A stretch of 62,575 bases of DNA, filler included, from 3 parts of 3 records of this genome joined end to end with filler, not necessarily neighbours in it, one strand, 5' to 3'; counted from the whole stretch's first letter, positions 18,945 through 29,539 are shown. A program made the numbers and translations. The notes: generated by a model not told the origin, from the sequence alone.

Positions 18945-21002
18945 ATGCTAAAAAAATTCTTGCTTTTTTTTCTCTTCATATACGCTCCGTATTGTATTGC
19001 TCAATACAGTGTAAGCAATGCTTTTTATAATGCTGTTGACGATACACTAAAGCCTGCAAATAGAGAAAACATTAAGTTAATGGAGTTGTTACGAATGATA
19101 GATCACAACTCATTATTTTACCCAGAATTTAATAGCGAAAAGGATTCTTTAATAGAAGTTATCAAAAAAAACACCTCCCCACTAACTACAGAGGACAAAA
19201 TTGATGCATACTTCATGCTAATGCTTTATAATTTTAATCATAATCATAGAGATAGTACACAAACGCTAAAATATGGAGATTCCTTAAAAATGTTAATTCA
19301 AAATAAGCAAGAAGGACATTTTTATCAACTCTATACACAAAATGCCATTGAAGCAATTCATCATCTTAATGCTAACCGATACGGAAAAGCTATTGAAATC
19401 CTCAATTTAACTATTGAAGATGCTAATAAAATAGAACACCCTGAATATCTAGCAAATGCCTATTCTGCCCTATCTTTTGCATATTATCAAACTTTTCAGT
19501 TTAATGAATCTCTAAAATATTATCATAAAACCGACTCCATTGCAGCACTATATTCCACAAAACAGTTTAGAGAACATATTAAAGTTGTTGCAAAAGATAA
19601 AGAAGTTGAAGAGCCAATTCTAAAATATATTGATATCAAAAATGCTGAAATGCTAACAGCTGCTGAAAAACGACTTAAGGAAAATAAAATCTACTATCAA
19701 AAAAATAAAAATGATTGGAATTATATATATTTTTTAAGAGCCGCCTATATAGCCTACCTAAAAAACGATGTAGAAAAAGCCAATGAGCTATTTAACAAAA
19801 TAGACATAGAAAGATTAAGTAATAATACATATTTAACTTCTGTATACCCAGTAAAAACCATGAAAGCCTTATTGCAAGTTCACAATGGGGCTGTGGACGA
19901 AGCTTATAACTTCTACAACAATACCGAAGCTTACAAACCTGTGGAACATTTGTATAAAGAGTTACTTATTGAAGCGCTTTACAAAGCATTTTTAAAAAAA
20001 GGAGACCTAGAAAAGGTTGAGTTCTTACACAAACAAACAGATAATAATACTATTACCCAAAACATATACAAATACCAGGGTCTGGTAGCAGTTGCAGAAG
20101 CAGAACACCTAACACATGTAAAAGAACTAAAAATATTAGACCTAGAAAACCAAATTCAAGAAGACAAGAATCAAGATATTATATTATACGCAACTTCAAC
20201 TATCCTCATACTTTTATTATTAGGAATTGTAATTATTCGAGCTAAAGAAAATCAGATTAAGCGACTTATTGATGAAGAAACATACAATAACCGAATTAGG
20301 TTGTTAGAAGAATCTCTAGAAGAAGTAGATAGAAAAATGAAAGATAATAGAAAAGACATTGGAGAGCAATTGCATAACGAGTATTTAGGCAATCTACTGG
20401 CTTTAAAATACCTTGTTTCCGATTATCATGACAAAGCTAAAATCCAAAAAAACAAAGATAAACTTAACGTTATTATTGAGGAACTAGATATGCTCTATCA
20501 AGAATCAAGAAATTTTTCGCACCAATTAATCCATGGAAAAGATGAAAATGTATCCTTAAATATTGTTGATTATTTAGACAGTCTACAATCTAGATTTGAA
20601 GAAGTAGGACTCTTAAAAATTCATTTACTATTAAACGATGATACAAAAGATAAATTACTAAACATACTCAATAAAGACCAACAACAAGTTATCTTCCAAT
20701 TATTAAAAGAAACCATTTCAAACACCATTAAACACGCCAATACTCAAAACCTAAGTATTGCCATTCGTTTTACAGATTCCACTTGTGCAATAGTGTTAGA
20801 AAATGATGGTATTAAAAATACAATTAAAAAACCGAGTAAAGGTGTCGGCCTTATGAGTTTAAGACAACGTTTTCAAAAAATTAATGGAACTATAGATTTT
20901 TCTTTAAGCGCAAACGGATTCAGAACAGAAGCCTCCTTTCCACTTCAAAACAATAGCAAACCAGCTAAAAGCAAGCTCGAAAAACATCAGAAAGAGAACT
21001 AA
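18945..21002 (+). CDS. Orphan sensor histidine kinase (HisKA_3/NarX type) with TPR-like periplasmic domain
   Basis: Signal peptide, helical N-region, one TM segment, IGEQLHNE H-box, ETISNTIKHA, ENDG, GVGLMSL. Confidence 0.8.
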   Translation: MLKKFLLFFLFIYAPYCIAQYSVSNAFYNAVDDTLKPANRENIKLMELLRMIDHNSLFYPEFNSEKDSLIEVIKKNTSPLTTEDKIDAYFMLMLYNFNHNHRDSTQTLKYGDSLKMLIQNKQEGHFYQLYTQNAIEAIHHLNANRYGKAIEILNLTIEDANKIEHPEYLANAYSALSFAYYQTFQFNESLKYYHKTDSIAALYSTKQFREHIKVVAKDKEVEEPILKYIDIKNAEMLTAAEKRLKENKIYYQKNKNDWNYIYFLRAAYIAYLKNDVEKANELFNKIDIERLSNNTYLTSVYPVKTMKALLQVHNGAVDEAYNFYNNTEAYKPVEHLYKELLIEALYKAFLKKGDLEKVEFLHKQTDNNTITQNIYKYQGLVAVAEAEHLTHVKELKILDLENQIQEDKNQDIILYATSTILILLLLGIVIIRAKENQIKRLIDEETYNNRIRLLEESLEEVDRKMKDNRKDIGEQLHNEYLGNLLALKYLVSDYHDKAKIQKNKDKLNVIIEELDMLYQESRNFSHQLIHGKDENVSLNIVDYLDSLQSRFEEVGLLKIHLLLNDDTKDKLLNILNKDQQQVIFQLLKETISNTIKHANTQNLSIAIRFTDSTCAIVLENDGIKNTIKKPSKGVGLMSLRQRFQKINGTIDFSLSANGFRTEASFPLQNNSKPAKSKLEKHQKEN

Positions 21003-21012
21003 AAAAAATAAT

Positions 21013-22113
21013 TTACAAACTACTTTTTTGTTGATTATAAAATGCATCTGCTTGAAGCTGCATAATCTCTCTTGCCGATTTTCTTTTATATTGATATAAC
21101 TCATCTTCCGACGCTAAATCTTCATAAACTTTATCGTTTATAGTTGCATCTGTAGCTAATTGTTTATTCCTTTGATACGCTTTTTGTTCAGCCCAATTTC
21201 TAACTGTGTTTTCAGCGTCTTCAAGTTTTATATCATATTCTCCTTTTGGCGCTAATAATTTAGAAATAATGGGAGCCGATTCAATAGCCAAAAACAATAA
21301 AAATATAAACAAAGAAGGCAACCAAGGTAATTTATCCAATGCATTTACCCTCGCCATAAGTCCGTCAAAGCCATCTATAGTTGGCTGTGTTGTATTTATT
21401 TTATCGTTTAGGTTTGCTTTTAAAGCATCAATTTCATTCTCTTTAGTCTGAATAGTATTTTGATTTTTAAGCTTTAATGCCTGTAGTTCTGCTAATGCTT
21501 TATCGTGTTTCTCTCGCTTCTCTTTATAAACAGGTCCTTTTCCTATTTTCATAGTCCCTTTTGTCCCTTCAGCTTCAGAAATAAATGTATTATACAAGCT
21601 ATTTACCTCAGCTTCTTTGGAAGCTATCTCTTCTTTTAACCCTAAGATTTCAGAATTTAATTTGTCGATTTCAGGCGAAAACTGTAACGCTATTTGCTCT
21701 TGGTTATCGAGTGTCATTTGGTTTTTTTCCTCTAAAAGAACACGATCTATTTCCTTCTGAAAAATTTTAAGCTCTAATGGTTTAGCAATCACCACAGCTA
21801 TAATAATTGCCAAAATAAGCCTTGGAATTGCTTGAAGAAATTCACTTTTAAAATTATCCCTCTTCTTTATAGTTGAAACTATAAATCTATCTAAATTGAA
21901 AATAAGTAATCCCCATATCAACCCGAAAAAAACAGCAGTATATACATTATCAAAAACAGTATATAGCGCATAACTGGAAGCTATAAAAGCCATAATAGCT
22001 GTAAAAAATACAGTCCCTCCTATTCCAGCCTGTTTTATTTGTTCTGCTTTTGAACATTTAGAAAGCAAATCGGTATCTGCGCCAGCGCACATCCAGAAAA
22101 AATTTTTAATCAT
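21013..22113 (-). CDS. DUF4407-type membrane / coiled-coil protein
   Basis: FFWMCAGAD, IFNLDRFIVST and KPLELKIF motifs; long coiled coil. Confidence 0.8.
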   Translation of the reverse strand: MIKNFFWMCAGADTDLLSKCSKAEQIKQAGIGGTVFFTAIMAFIASSYALYTVFDNVYTAVFFGLIWGLLIFNLDRFIVSTIKKRDNFKSEFLQAIPRLILAIIIAVVIAKPLELKIFQKEIDRVLLEEKNQMTLDNQEQIALQFSPEIDKLNSEILGLKEEIASKEAEVNSLYNTFISEAEGTKGTMKIGKGPVYKEKREKHDKALAELQALKLKNQNTIQTKENEIDALKANLNDKINTTQPTIDGFDGLMARVNALDKLPWLPSLFIFLLFLAIESAPIISKLLAPKGEYDIKLEDAENTVRNWAEQKAYQRNKQLATDATINDKVYEDLASEDELYQYKRKSAREIMQLQADAFYNQQKSSL

Positions 22114-22183
22114 AACATAGTCGATTTTAGATTGATGCTATATATAACGCTAAAACCCTGAAAATGTTACACTTTAAATCATT

Positions 22184-22597
22184 TTAATCTTTTAAAGATT
22201 TGATTTCCAACAACTTTAATTTTTTCCACATATTTGGAGTATCTAAAATAATAGCTCTTGTATGCAACAAATAACGCGCTCTCTTTCCTGCATATGCTTT
22301 TTGAAGCTCTTGCTCCAAATTCATAATTTCTCCCAATTCCAAATTTTCGTCTCCATAAACTCGATACACCACATGGTCGTACTTCATTACTGGCTGACTC
22401 CTAACGTATGATTTTGTATAAGCTTCTACCTCCTCTATATTTAGCAATGTATTATGGACTTTTATCTTCCCTTCATAATTTATAATTGCATCCACATATA
22501 AAGCTTTAGAATGCATCAAATCTGATTGAGAATATAGATGGTTTGCTGAAAAAATCAGTAAGAAAAGTACCCCTGATAGCTTTAAAATATATTTCAT
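22184..22597 (-). CDS. Secreted hypothetical protein, weakly ExbD-periplasmic-like
   Basis: Signal peptide; VYGDENLELGEIMNLEQELQKA resembles the ExbD C-terminal motif. Confidence 0.55.
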   Translation of the reverse strand: MKYILKLSGVLFLLIFSANHLYSQSDLMHSKALYVDAIINYEGKIKVHNTLLNIEEVEAYTKSYVRSQPVMKYDHVVYRVYGDENLELGEIMNLEQELQKAYAGKRARYLLHTRAIILDTPNMWKKLKLLEIKSLKD

Positions 22598-22650
22598 AAT
22601 TAATTGTTTTTCAACACACAATCAAAAATTATTCCATAAAAAGGAGTAAA

Positions 22651-22768
22651 CTCCCTCGGAGCAAGCTCACGAAGCACTATAAGGAAAAACTAAAAAATGT
22701 TTCAACGCAATTCCTTCGGGAAACTCAGGACAGACTTTGGAGCACTCAAATCTTGATTATCGAGTAAA
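22651..22768. repeat. Interspersed palindromic repeat element, copy 2
   Basis: CTCGGAGCAAGCTCACGA hairpin and CCTTCGGGAAACTCAGGACAGA core; flanked by GAGTAAA at 22644-22650 and 22762-22768. Confidence 0.7.
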
Positions 22769-22808
22769 TTATCTTGTTCTCGAAACATTAGAACAAGATA
22801 ATTTACTC
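22762..22808. terminator. 19-bp perfect inverted repeat downstream of the S9 peptidase gene
   Basis: GAGTAAATTATCTTGTTCT / AGAACAAGATAATTTACTC. Confidence 0.6.
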
Positions 22809-22844
22809 CGTTTTTATGAAATATAACTAGCTAAAATTTTAGTC

Positions 22845-25082
22845 CTATTTATTATGTTCTAATAGATAATTTGTAATTAATGTATACAAATGTCTAGAAG
22901 TATTAGCCCCCTCATAAATGCCATGCGAACGATTTGGATATACCATGATGTCAAATTGTTTGTTCTGACGAATTAATTCGTTTATTAAAAACTCCATATT
23001 TTGATAATGCACATTATCATCTCCAGTACCATGAATTACTAATAAATTCCCCTCCAAATCTTTAGCATAAGTTACTGGTGAACCTTCTATAAAATCCTCT
23101 TCATTTTCTTGTGGCAAGCCCATATAGCGCTCTTGGTATACATTATCATAAAACAACTGGTTTGCAACTGCAGCAACTGCAATTCCTGTTTTATAAATAT
23201 CAGGATATCTAAACATTAAATTCAACGTCATAGATCCACCTCCACTCCAGCCCCAAACAGCAACATTATCGGTATCAATAAAATCCCATTTTAAAACTTC
23301 TTTTGCTGCCAGCGCTTGATCTTTTGTGTTAATAACGCCTACTTTTCTATAAATAGATTTTCTCCACTCACTTCCTTTTAAAGAAGGAGTCCCCCGATTG
23401 TCCATTTTTATCACCACAAAACCTTGTTGCGCCAAAAAAATATCATATAATCCAATCCAACTATCTACAGCCATTTGTCCCCAAGGCTCTCCATAAACAT
23501 TAAAAACAACTGGATATTTTTTAGTACTATCAAAATTTGCAGGTTTTGTAATTCTTCCATCAACGTCTATTCCTTCGGAAGTAGTAACCGTAAAAAACTC
23601 GGTAGTAGGCAAGGTAAGCGTTTGTAACTTGTCATTCAATCGTTTGTTAGCTACTAAAGTAATTATGGTTTCGTGCTTTGGCAAACTAATTAAACGTGTA
23701 GTTTTAGGACTATTAATATTTGTATGATTATGAATAGCATACGCTCCATTTGGAGCTATATTATAGGTGTTAATCCCTTCATACTCACTAGGAGTAATTT
23801 TATGTAACTTTCCTTTTCCATTTAAAGAAACCCTGTACAAATAGCGTTGGGTTGGATTATCTGGCGAAGCACTTAAAAATAAATCTTTATCTGAAACAGC
23901 ATAAAAAGACGCTACGTCATAATCTCCAGGGGTTAAAAGTGTTTTCTTCCCATTTTCAATATTCACTTTATACACATGTCTCCAACCATCGGTTTCTGTC
24001 ATTCTTAAAAAGGAAGAATTATTATCTGTAAGCAATAACTTATTCCCATCCCATTGATTAGAAGACACATCTGGATATCCTATATCTACCCATGTATCTT
24101 CTGTTTCTGTATATATTTTTTTTACTGAATTTGAAGAAGGTTTATAAGTAAAAATATTCAGTTCATTTTGCTTTCTGTTTATCTGCTGAATTAATAAAAG
24201 ATCACTATTTACCCATTGCATACCTGGAAGATAATGCTGCACAGCATCTCCAGGAATATCAATCCATGTAATATCTTTTGAAACTGTATTTACCACAGCA
24301 ACCTTTGTGCTGGATGGGTTCTGTCCCACCTTTGGATATTGGACAGGAATAGGCTTTGAGTAAATAGAATCGGTATTATTAATCATATAAAAAGTTCCTA
24401 TTTCCGAAGCATCCAACTGCCAAAAAGCAATTAGTTTTGCATCTGGGCTCCATGAAAAACCATCACGCATTCCAAACTCTTCTTCATATACCCAATCAAA
24501 GGTTCCATTGATAATATCTTTAGTACCATCGGTTGTTAATTGCGTAATGTTTCCCGATTTAAAATCCTCTTTATACACATTAAAATTATGCACATAGGCT
24601 ACATATTTATTATCCTCAGAAAATTTAGCAAACATCAGAGAAGAAGCTGGGAAATTAGCTCCAATCTGTTTTAACGTATTGTTTTCAAAATTGTAGACCC
24701 AATAATCGCCTTTTGTATTAGAGCGCCAAACGCGACTAGAATTTGTAAAAATCAACACTTTACTTTCGTCTGAAGACAAGCTAAAATCTTCTATTCTTAG
24801 TGTTTTTTCACTTCCTTCAGGCTTTAATCCTTCCGCAGAAACAAAAACGCTTTTTTCATTATTCTTACTGATGTATTTAATGAGCTGGTCTTCACCAGCA
24901 TCATTTTTTTCAATAGTTACAAATGCTTCCCCATCAGAGATCCAAGAAATTGAACGCTGATGATCGCTTCTAAATTCCGAAGAATTATAAATTCTATCCA
25001 GCGTTAACATTTTATCTTGCTGCGCTACAGCATTGGTGCAAATAAAAATTGCAAGGCAAGAGAGCCAAAAGTAGATTTTCAT
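22845..25082 (-). CDS. Dipeptidyl peptidase IV (S9B)
   Basis: NGTFDWVYEEE, GWSGGG nucleophile, HGTGDDNVH, YPNRSH. Confidence 0.95.
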   Translation of the reverse strand: MKIYFWLSCLAIFICTNAVAQQDKMLTLDRIYNSSEFRSDHQRSISWISDGEAFVTIEKNDAGEDQLIKYISKNNEKSVFVSAEGLKPEGSEKTLRIEDFSLSSDESKVLIFTNSSRVWRSNTKGDYWVYNFENNTLKQIGANFPASSLMFAKFSEDNKYVAYVHNFNVYKEDFKSGNITQLTTDGTKDIINGTFDWVYEEEFGMRDGFSWSPDAKLIAFWQLDASEIGTFYMINNTDSIYSKPIPVQYPKVGQNPSSTKVAVVNTVSKDITWIDIPGDAVQHYLPGMQWVNSDLLLIQQINRKQNELNIFTYKPSSNSVKKIYTETEDTWVDIGYPDVSSNQWDGNKLLLTDNNSSFLRMTETDGWRHVYKVNIENGKKTLLTPGDYDVASFYAVSDKDLFLSASPDNPTQRYLYRVSLNGKGKLHKITPSEYEGINTYNIAPNGAYAIHNHTNINSPKTTRLISLPKHETIITLVANKRLNDKLQTLTLPTTEFFTVTTSEGIDVDGRITKPANFDSTKKYPVVFNVYGEPWGQMAVDSWIGLYDIFLAQQGFVVIKMDNRGTPSLKGSEWRKSIYRKVGVINTKDQALAAKEVLKWDFIDTDNVAVWGWSGGGSMTLNLMFRYPDIYKTGIAVAAVANQLFYDNVYQERYMGLPQENEEDFIEGSPVTYAKDLEGNLLVIHGTGDDNVHYQNMEFLINELIRQNKQFDIMVYPNRSHGIYEGANTSRHLYTLITNYLLEHNK

Positions 25083-25092
25083 ATTTCTTTAT

Positions 25093-26478
25093 TTAGGCGT
25101 TTTTTAATTCTTCAATATCAGCAACCGTTTTTGCTAATGGATTTCCTAGAATCTGACTCCCTTCTTTTGTAATCAAGATATCTTCCTCCACTCGGATTCC
25201 CCCGAAATTTTTAAACTTTTCAACCTCCTCATAATTCACAAAATCGGTGTATTTACCTTGTGCTTTCCATGCATCAATCAAAAACGGATTAAAATAAATA
25301 CCAGGTTCTACTGTAATTACAAAATTTTCTTTCAATGCTTTCCCTAAACGTAGAGACTTTAAACCAAACTCGGTACTTTTTTTCAGGGTATCGGTATATC
25401 CAACATAAGGCTCCCCAAGATTTTCCATATCATGAACATCAAGCCCCATCATATGTCCTAACCCACATTGAAAAAACAACGTATGTGCTCCTTTCGCAAC
25501 AGCTTCTTCTACATTTCCTTTCATCAATCCCATTCCCTTTAACCCTTCGACTAATTTAGTAGCTGCCAAAAGATGTACATCTCTAAAAAGAATACCTGGC
25601 TTTAAAGCATCTATAGCAGAGTTATGAGCATTAAGAACAATAGTATAAACCTCTTTTTGAAGAGTCGTAAAGCGCTCTGAAGCGGGGAAAGTACGAGTCA
25701 TATCTCCAGCATATCCCATGCCTGTTTCTGCCCCACAATCGCAAAGCACCAAATCTCCTTCTTTTATCAAATTCTCCGTAGCATGGTTATGTAAATATTG
25801 CCCGTTTGTTGTAAGAATAATTGGAAAAGAAATATTCCCTCCGCCACCAATAGCAATAGCTTGAAGATCTCCAGCAATTTGCTTCTCTGTTTTTCCTGCA
25901 TTTCCATTTTTAATTGCGTAGGTATGCATTTCTGCAGTAATATTTACCGCTTTTGTAATCTCTTGAACTTCTTCAGTTATTTTAATTTCTCGCTGCGCTA
26001 CAATTGCTTTCGTTAATGCTACAGAAAAAGCCCCTGCAACTTCTTGCACAGGAATATCCAATAATTCACTTAACTGAATAGTGGTTTCCGAACGATAAGG
26101 AGGCAAGTAATGAACTTTTGCCTGTTGCTTTCCATTTTTAATGTAGTTTGCAAGTTCGGTAAGTGGTTTTACCTTTTTTATTCCAGCTTTAGCAGCCAAC
26201 TCTTCAAGTGGAGTTGTTGCTCCAATCCAAACAATCTCCTCTGGAGTTGGATTATTACCAAAAAGTATTTCTTCATCTTTTTCAACATCTATTACAAAAT
26301 ATACATCTGGAATATTAACTCCTGTATAATATAAAAAAGTACTGTCCTGACGGAAAGGGTACCAATTGTCTTTACAATTCATTCCCATTTCCCCATTCCC
26401 TGGAAATAACAGTATTCCACTTTTTAAAGTTGACTTTAAATGATTTCTACGAGCTATATATATTTCTTTGGTAAACAT
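25093..26478 (-). CDS. Xaa-Pro aminopeptidase (M24B)
   Basis: FRQDSTFLY, LHNH, YAGDMTRT, GHMMGLDVHD, TVEPGIY and GIRVEED motifs. Confidence 0.93.
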   Translation of the reverse strand: MFTKEIYIARRNHLKSTLKSGILLFPGNGEMGMNCKDNWYPFRQDSTFLYYTGVNIPDVYFVIDVEKDEEILFGNNPTPEEIVWIGATTPLEELAAKAGIKKVKPLTELANYIKNGKQQAKVHYLPPYRSETTIQLSELLDIPVQEVAGAFSVALTKAIVAQREIKITEEVQEITKAVNITAEMHTYAIKNGNAGKTEKQIAGDLQAIAIGGGGNISFPIILTTNGQYLHNHATENLIKEGDLVLCDCGAETGMGYAGDMTRTFPASERFTTLQKEVYTIVLNAHNSAIDALKPGILFRDVHLLAATKLVEGLKGMGLMKGNVEEAVAKGAHTLFFQCGLGHMMGLDVHDMENLGEPYVGYTDTLKKSTEFGLKSLRLGKALKENFVITVEPGIYFNPFLIDAWKAQGKYTDFVNYEEVEKFKNFGGIRVEEDILITKEGSQILGNPLAKTVADIEELKNA

Positions 26479-26611
26479 GCTTGAAGTTTTTATGAATTTA
26501 ATTTAACAAATTTGAAGATAATACTGCATTATAGCAACATTTTAGCACGTTAAGGTTAATATAATACCATTAACAGCTAATATTTGCAGAAAAATCTTCT
26601 TGTCTTAAAAG

Positions 26612-26646
26612 AAAAAAGCCACTTATCTAATTGACAAGTGACTTTT
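26612..26646 (-). terminator. Probable intrinsic terminator
   Basis: AAAAGCCACTTATC...GACAAGTGACTTTT imperfect stem with a T-run on the minus strand. Confidence 0.6.
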
Positions 26647-26670
26647 ATAATTATGATACTCTTTCTGTAT

Positions 26671-28059
26671 TTACTTACTTAATTCTGTAAAATATTTATA
26701 GAAATAAGGAATTGTTTCAATTCCTTTAAGGTAATTCCACACACCATAATGTTCATTAGGAGAATGTATAGCATCGCTATTGAGTCCGAATCCCATTAAA
26801 ATAGTTTTGCTTTTCAGCTCTTTTTCAAAAAGAGAAACGATAGGAATACTTCCACCACTACGCTGAGGAATTGGCGTTTTTCCAAACGTTTCCTCGTATG
26901 CTTTGCTTGCAGCTTGATACCCTAAACTATCTATTGGAGTTACATATGGATACCCTCCATGATGTGGTTTTACCAAAACCTTTACTCCTTTTGGAGCAAG
27001 ACTCTCAAAATAAGCTTGAAACAGTTCGGTAATTTCTTTCCAATCTTGATCTGGCACCAAACGCATTGAAATTTTAGCATAAGCTTTACTCGCAATTACT
27101 GTTTTAGCACCTTCGCCAATATAACCACCCCAAATTCCATTAACATCTAAAGTTGGTCTAATACTTCCACGCTCGTTGGTACTGTATCCTTTTTCTCCAT
27201 AGACATCTTCAATAGCCAATGCATCCTTATAATTATCTAAAGAAAAAGGAGCTTTAGCCATTTCAGAGCGTTCTTCTACAGAAAGCTCAGCTACTTTATC
27301 ATAAAAACCTGGCACAGTAATATGGTTATTTTCATCGTGTAAAGCCGCAATCATTTTAGTAAGTACATTTATAGGATTTGCAACAGCTCCACCATATAAA
27401 CCACTATGTAAATCTCTGTTTGGCCCTGTAACTTCTACCTCCACATAGCTTAACCCACGTAGCCCCGTAGTAACCGACGGCACATCTTTGGCAATCATCC
27501 CTGTATCAGAAATTAAAATTACGTCATTTGAAAGTTTCTCTCTATTATTTTTAACAAACCATTCCAAACTTTCTGAGCCTACTTCTTCCTCTCCTTCAAT
27601 CATAAACTTAACATTACAAGGAAGATTTCCAGTTTGCGTCATAAACTCCAATGCCTTTACATGCATATACATTTGCCCTTTATCATCGCAAGCTCCACGG
27701 GCAAAAATCGCCCCTTCTGGATGAATTTCTGTCTTTTTAATTACAGGTTCAAAAGGAGGAGAATTCCATAAATCTAATGGATCTGGTGGCTGCACATCAT
27801 AATGTCCATATACCAAAACCGTTGGGAGTGTTTTATCTATAATTTTTTCTCCAAAAACAATTGGATATCCTGGAGTTTCGCAAACCTCTACATGCTCACA
27901 TCCTGCCTTATCTAACGCTTCTTTTACAGCTTCTGCTGTATTAAGAACATCTTGAGAAAATGCAGGGTCTGCACTTACAGAAGGTAACTTTAATAATTCG
28001 ATGAGTTCTGCAATAAATCGATCTTTATTTGTATCGATATATGACTTTATATTTTCCAT
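26671..28059 (-). CDS. M20-family dipeptidase
   Basis: YGHYDVQP, RGACDDKG, EGEEE, DLHSG, GGSIP and HSPNE motifs. Confidence 0.95.
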   Translation of the reverse strand: MENIKSYIDTNKDRFIAELIELLKLPSVSADPAFSQDVLNTAEAVKEALDKAGCEHVEVCETPGYPIVFGEKIIDKTLPTVLVYGHYDVQPPDPLDLWNSPPFEPVIKKTEIHPEGAIFARGACDDKGQMYMHVKALEFMTQTGNLPCNVKFMIEGEEEVGSESLEWFVKNNREKLSNDVILISDTGMIAKDVPSVTTGLRGLSYVEVEVTGPNRDLHSGLYGGAVANPINVLTKMIAALHDENNHITVPGFYDKVAELSVEERSEMAKAPFSLDNYKDALAIEDVYGEKGYSTNERGSIRPTLDVNGIWGGYIGEGAKTVIASKAYAKISMRLVPDQDWKEITELFQAYFESLAPKGVKVLVKPHHGGYPYVTPIDSLGYQAASKAYEETFGKTPIPQRSGGSIPIVSLFEKELKSKTILMGFGLNSDAIHSPNEHYGVWNYLKGIETIPYFYKYFTELSK

Positions 28060-28164
28060 GAAGTATTTTGTTGTGAACTCAAATGTACAAAAAAAGAACT
28101 TTTTTTAATTATAAAGTTTGATTATTGAAAAATTGAACTATATTTGCACCCACAAAATCACAAC

Positions 28165-28193
28165 GCGGGTGTGGTGGAATTGGTAGACACGCT
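28165..28193 (+). tRNA. tRNA 5' fragment truncated at contig end (Leu-type)
   Basis: GCGGGTGTGGTGGAATTGGTAGACACGCT is an acceptor strand plus Leu/Ser-class D-arm; TATATTTG promoter element just upstream; the anticodon is not in the sequence. Confidence 0.8.
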
Positions 28194-28293
28194 NNNNNNN
28201 NNNNNNNNNNNNNNNNNNNNNNNNNNNNNNNNNNNNNTTAATTAATTAANNNNNNNNNNNNNNNNNNNNNNNNNNNNNNNNNNNNNNNNNNNN
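28194..28293. other. Artificial contig linker
   Basis: N44-TTAATTAATTAA-N44 (stops in all six frames); base composition changes abruptly across it. Confidence 0.98.
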
Positions 28294-29394
28294 ACTTTTC
28301 CATTCATTGAGGCCCGTCACATAGAGCTGCACTGTGGGATGATTAAACTCTGGGCTCGAGCCTTTCAAATAGCGGTCAAAAAAGTCGAGATGTAGTTTTT
28401 TGATATCAACTATAGCGTTGTCAGCAAAAGCCACTTCCCCCACCGACGTGCTACCACCCATGAAACTCTGGATATGGGTCCAGGGCCCTATGACCAGATG
28501 CTGGTTGTTCGCGGCGTCAGAATGTTCTTGCATGCCTTGCCAGTAATAAAGCGTTCCAGTCTGGTCGCCATCAAACCACCCAGTGATATTCAGGACTGGC
28601 AAGTCAATCTGTCGGAAATCATGTTCTGTCAGTTGAATCCGCTGCCAATAGTCGTCCATCGTATCGTTCAGCAGCATCTGGCGGTACAGCGGCATACGCC
28701 GACCGAGTGCCTCATCCATGGTAAGGAGGGGGCGATGGCTGTAAATGCTTTCCCAGTCGAGCATCATCGAGTTCGGTCCCTGGCTGATTTTGCCAGACGT
28801 GTCGTTGAACCAGTTGAGGGCCCATGCCATCATGAACGCCCCGCCCTGCAAGGGTAGCTCGTTAAGATACTGACCAGCCGGTGACGTTGGCGCAATACAA
28901 GTCAGGTGTGGCGGGCGTTCCTTGGCCGCGAGCCATTGCACCGTTCCCCAATATGAAACACCCATCATACATGTCTTGCCATTGGACCATGGTTGTTCGG
29001 CAATACTTTCGATGGTGTCGAAGCCATCATTTGCTTCTTGAAAGAAAAAATCGAACTTACCATCCGAATCCCCTCGGCCACGCACATCCTGAACGACAAA
29101 AGCATAGCCATGTTTCACAAAATAGCTGGCCCATTCGGGAAAGTTGATGATTGGCATTGCTTTTATATAGGGGGTTCGCAAAAGGATGACTGGAAACGGG
29201 CCTTCACCGGCCGGAAGCCACACATCAGATGATAGCTCCACGCCGTCACGCATGGGGGTCCTGAGGTCAAATATGTGCCGAATTTTCACTGGCTCTTTGG
29301 CCTGATCTATGGCCTCGGAAGCGGCAGCATAAGATTGGGCGCTCAGAAGCAGGAGCAGTAGCACACAAATCGATTTTGAAATCGCATTATACAT
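28294..29394 (-). CDS. CocE/NonD-family hydrolase, 3' end truncated by contig edge
   Basis: Signal peptide; MRDGVEL, RTPY, QDVRGRGDSDG, GVSYWG, GWFD and GPWTH motifs. Confidence 0.92.
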
Positions 29395-29420
29395 GGGGGT
29401 TCTCGCTTGTCGGTTACACA

Positions 29421-29461
29421 ACTCAAAAAAAGAAAGTATATGCTTTCTTTTTTTGAGTCAA
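29421..29461 (-). promoter_or_regulatory. Sigma70 promoter overlapped by a perfect palindromic operator
   Basis: 16-bp arms ACTCAAAAAAAGAAAG/CTTTCTTTTTTTGAGT; the minus strand reads TTGACT-N17-TACTTT. Confidence 0.75.
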
Positions 29462-29539
29462 TGTAGCGCACGCGCAGAGAAGCTCCCGAAGCACATTGTC
29501 AGGCATGTGGTTTAGAGAGAGAGTTTGATGATGTGGTGG

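Noticed and set aside
28165-28193. Truncated tRNAs (also 46941-46970) as att sites or split tRNAs
   Set aside because: Both are 5' portions with intact promoters that end exactly at contig edges, as expected for assembly breaks.
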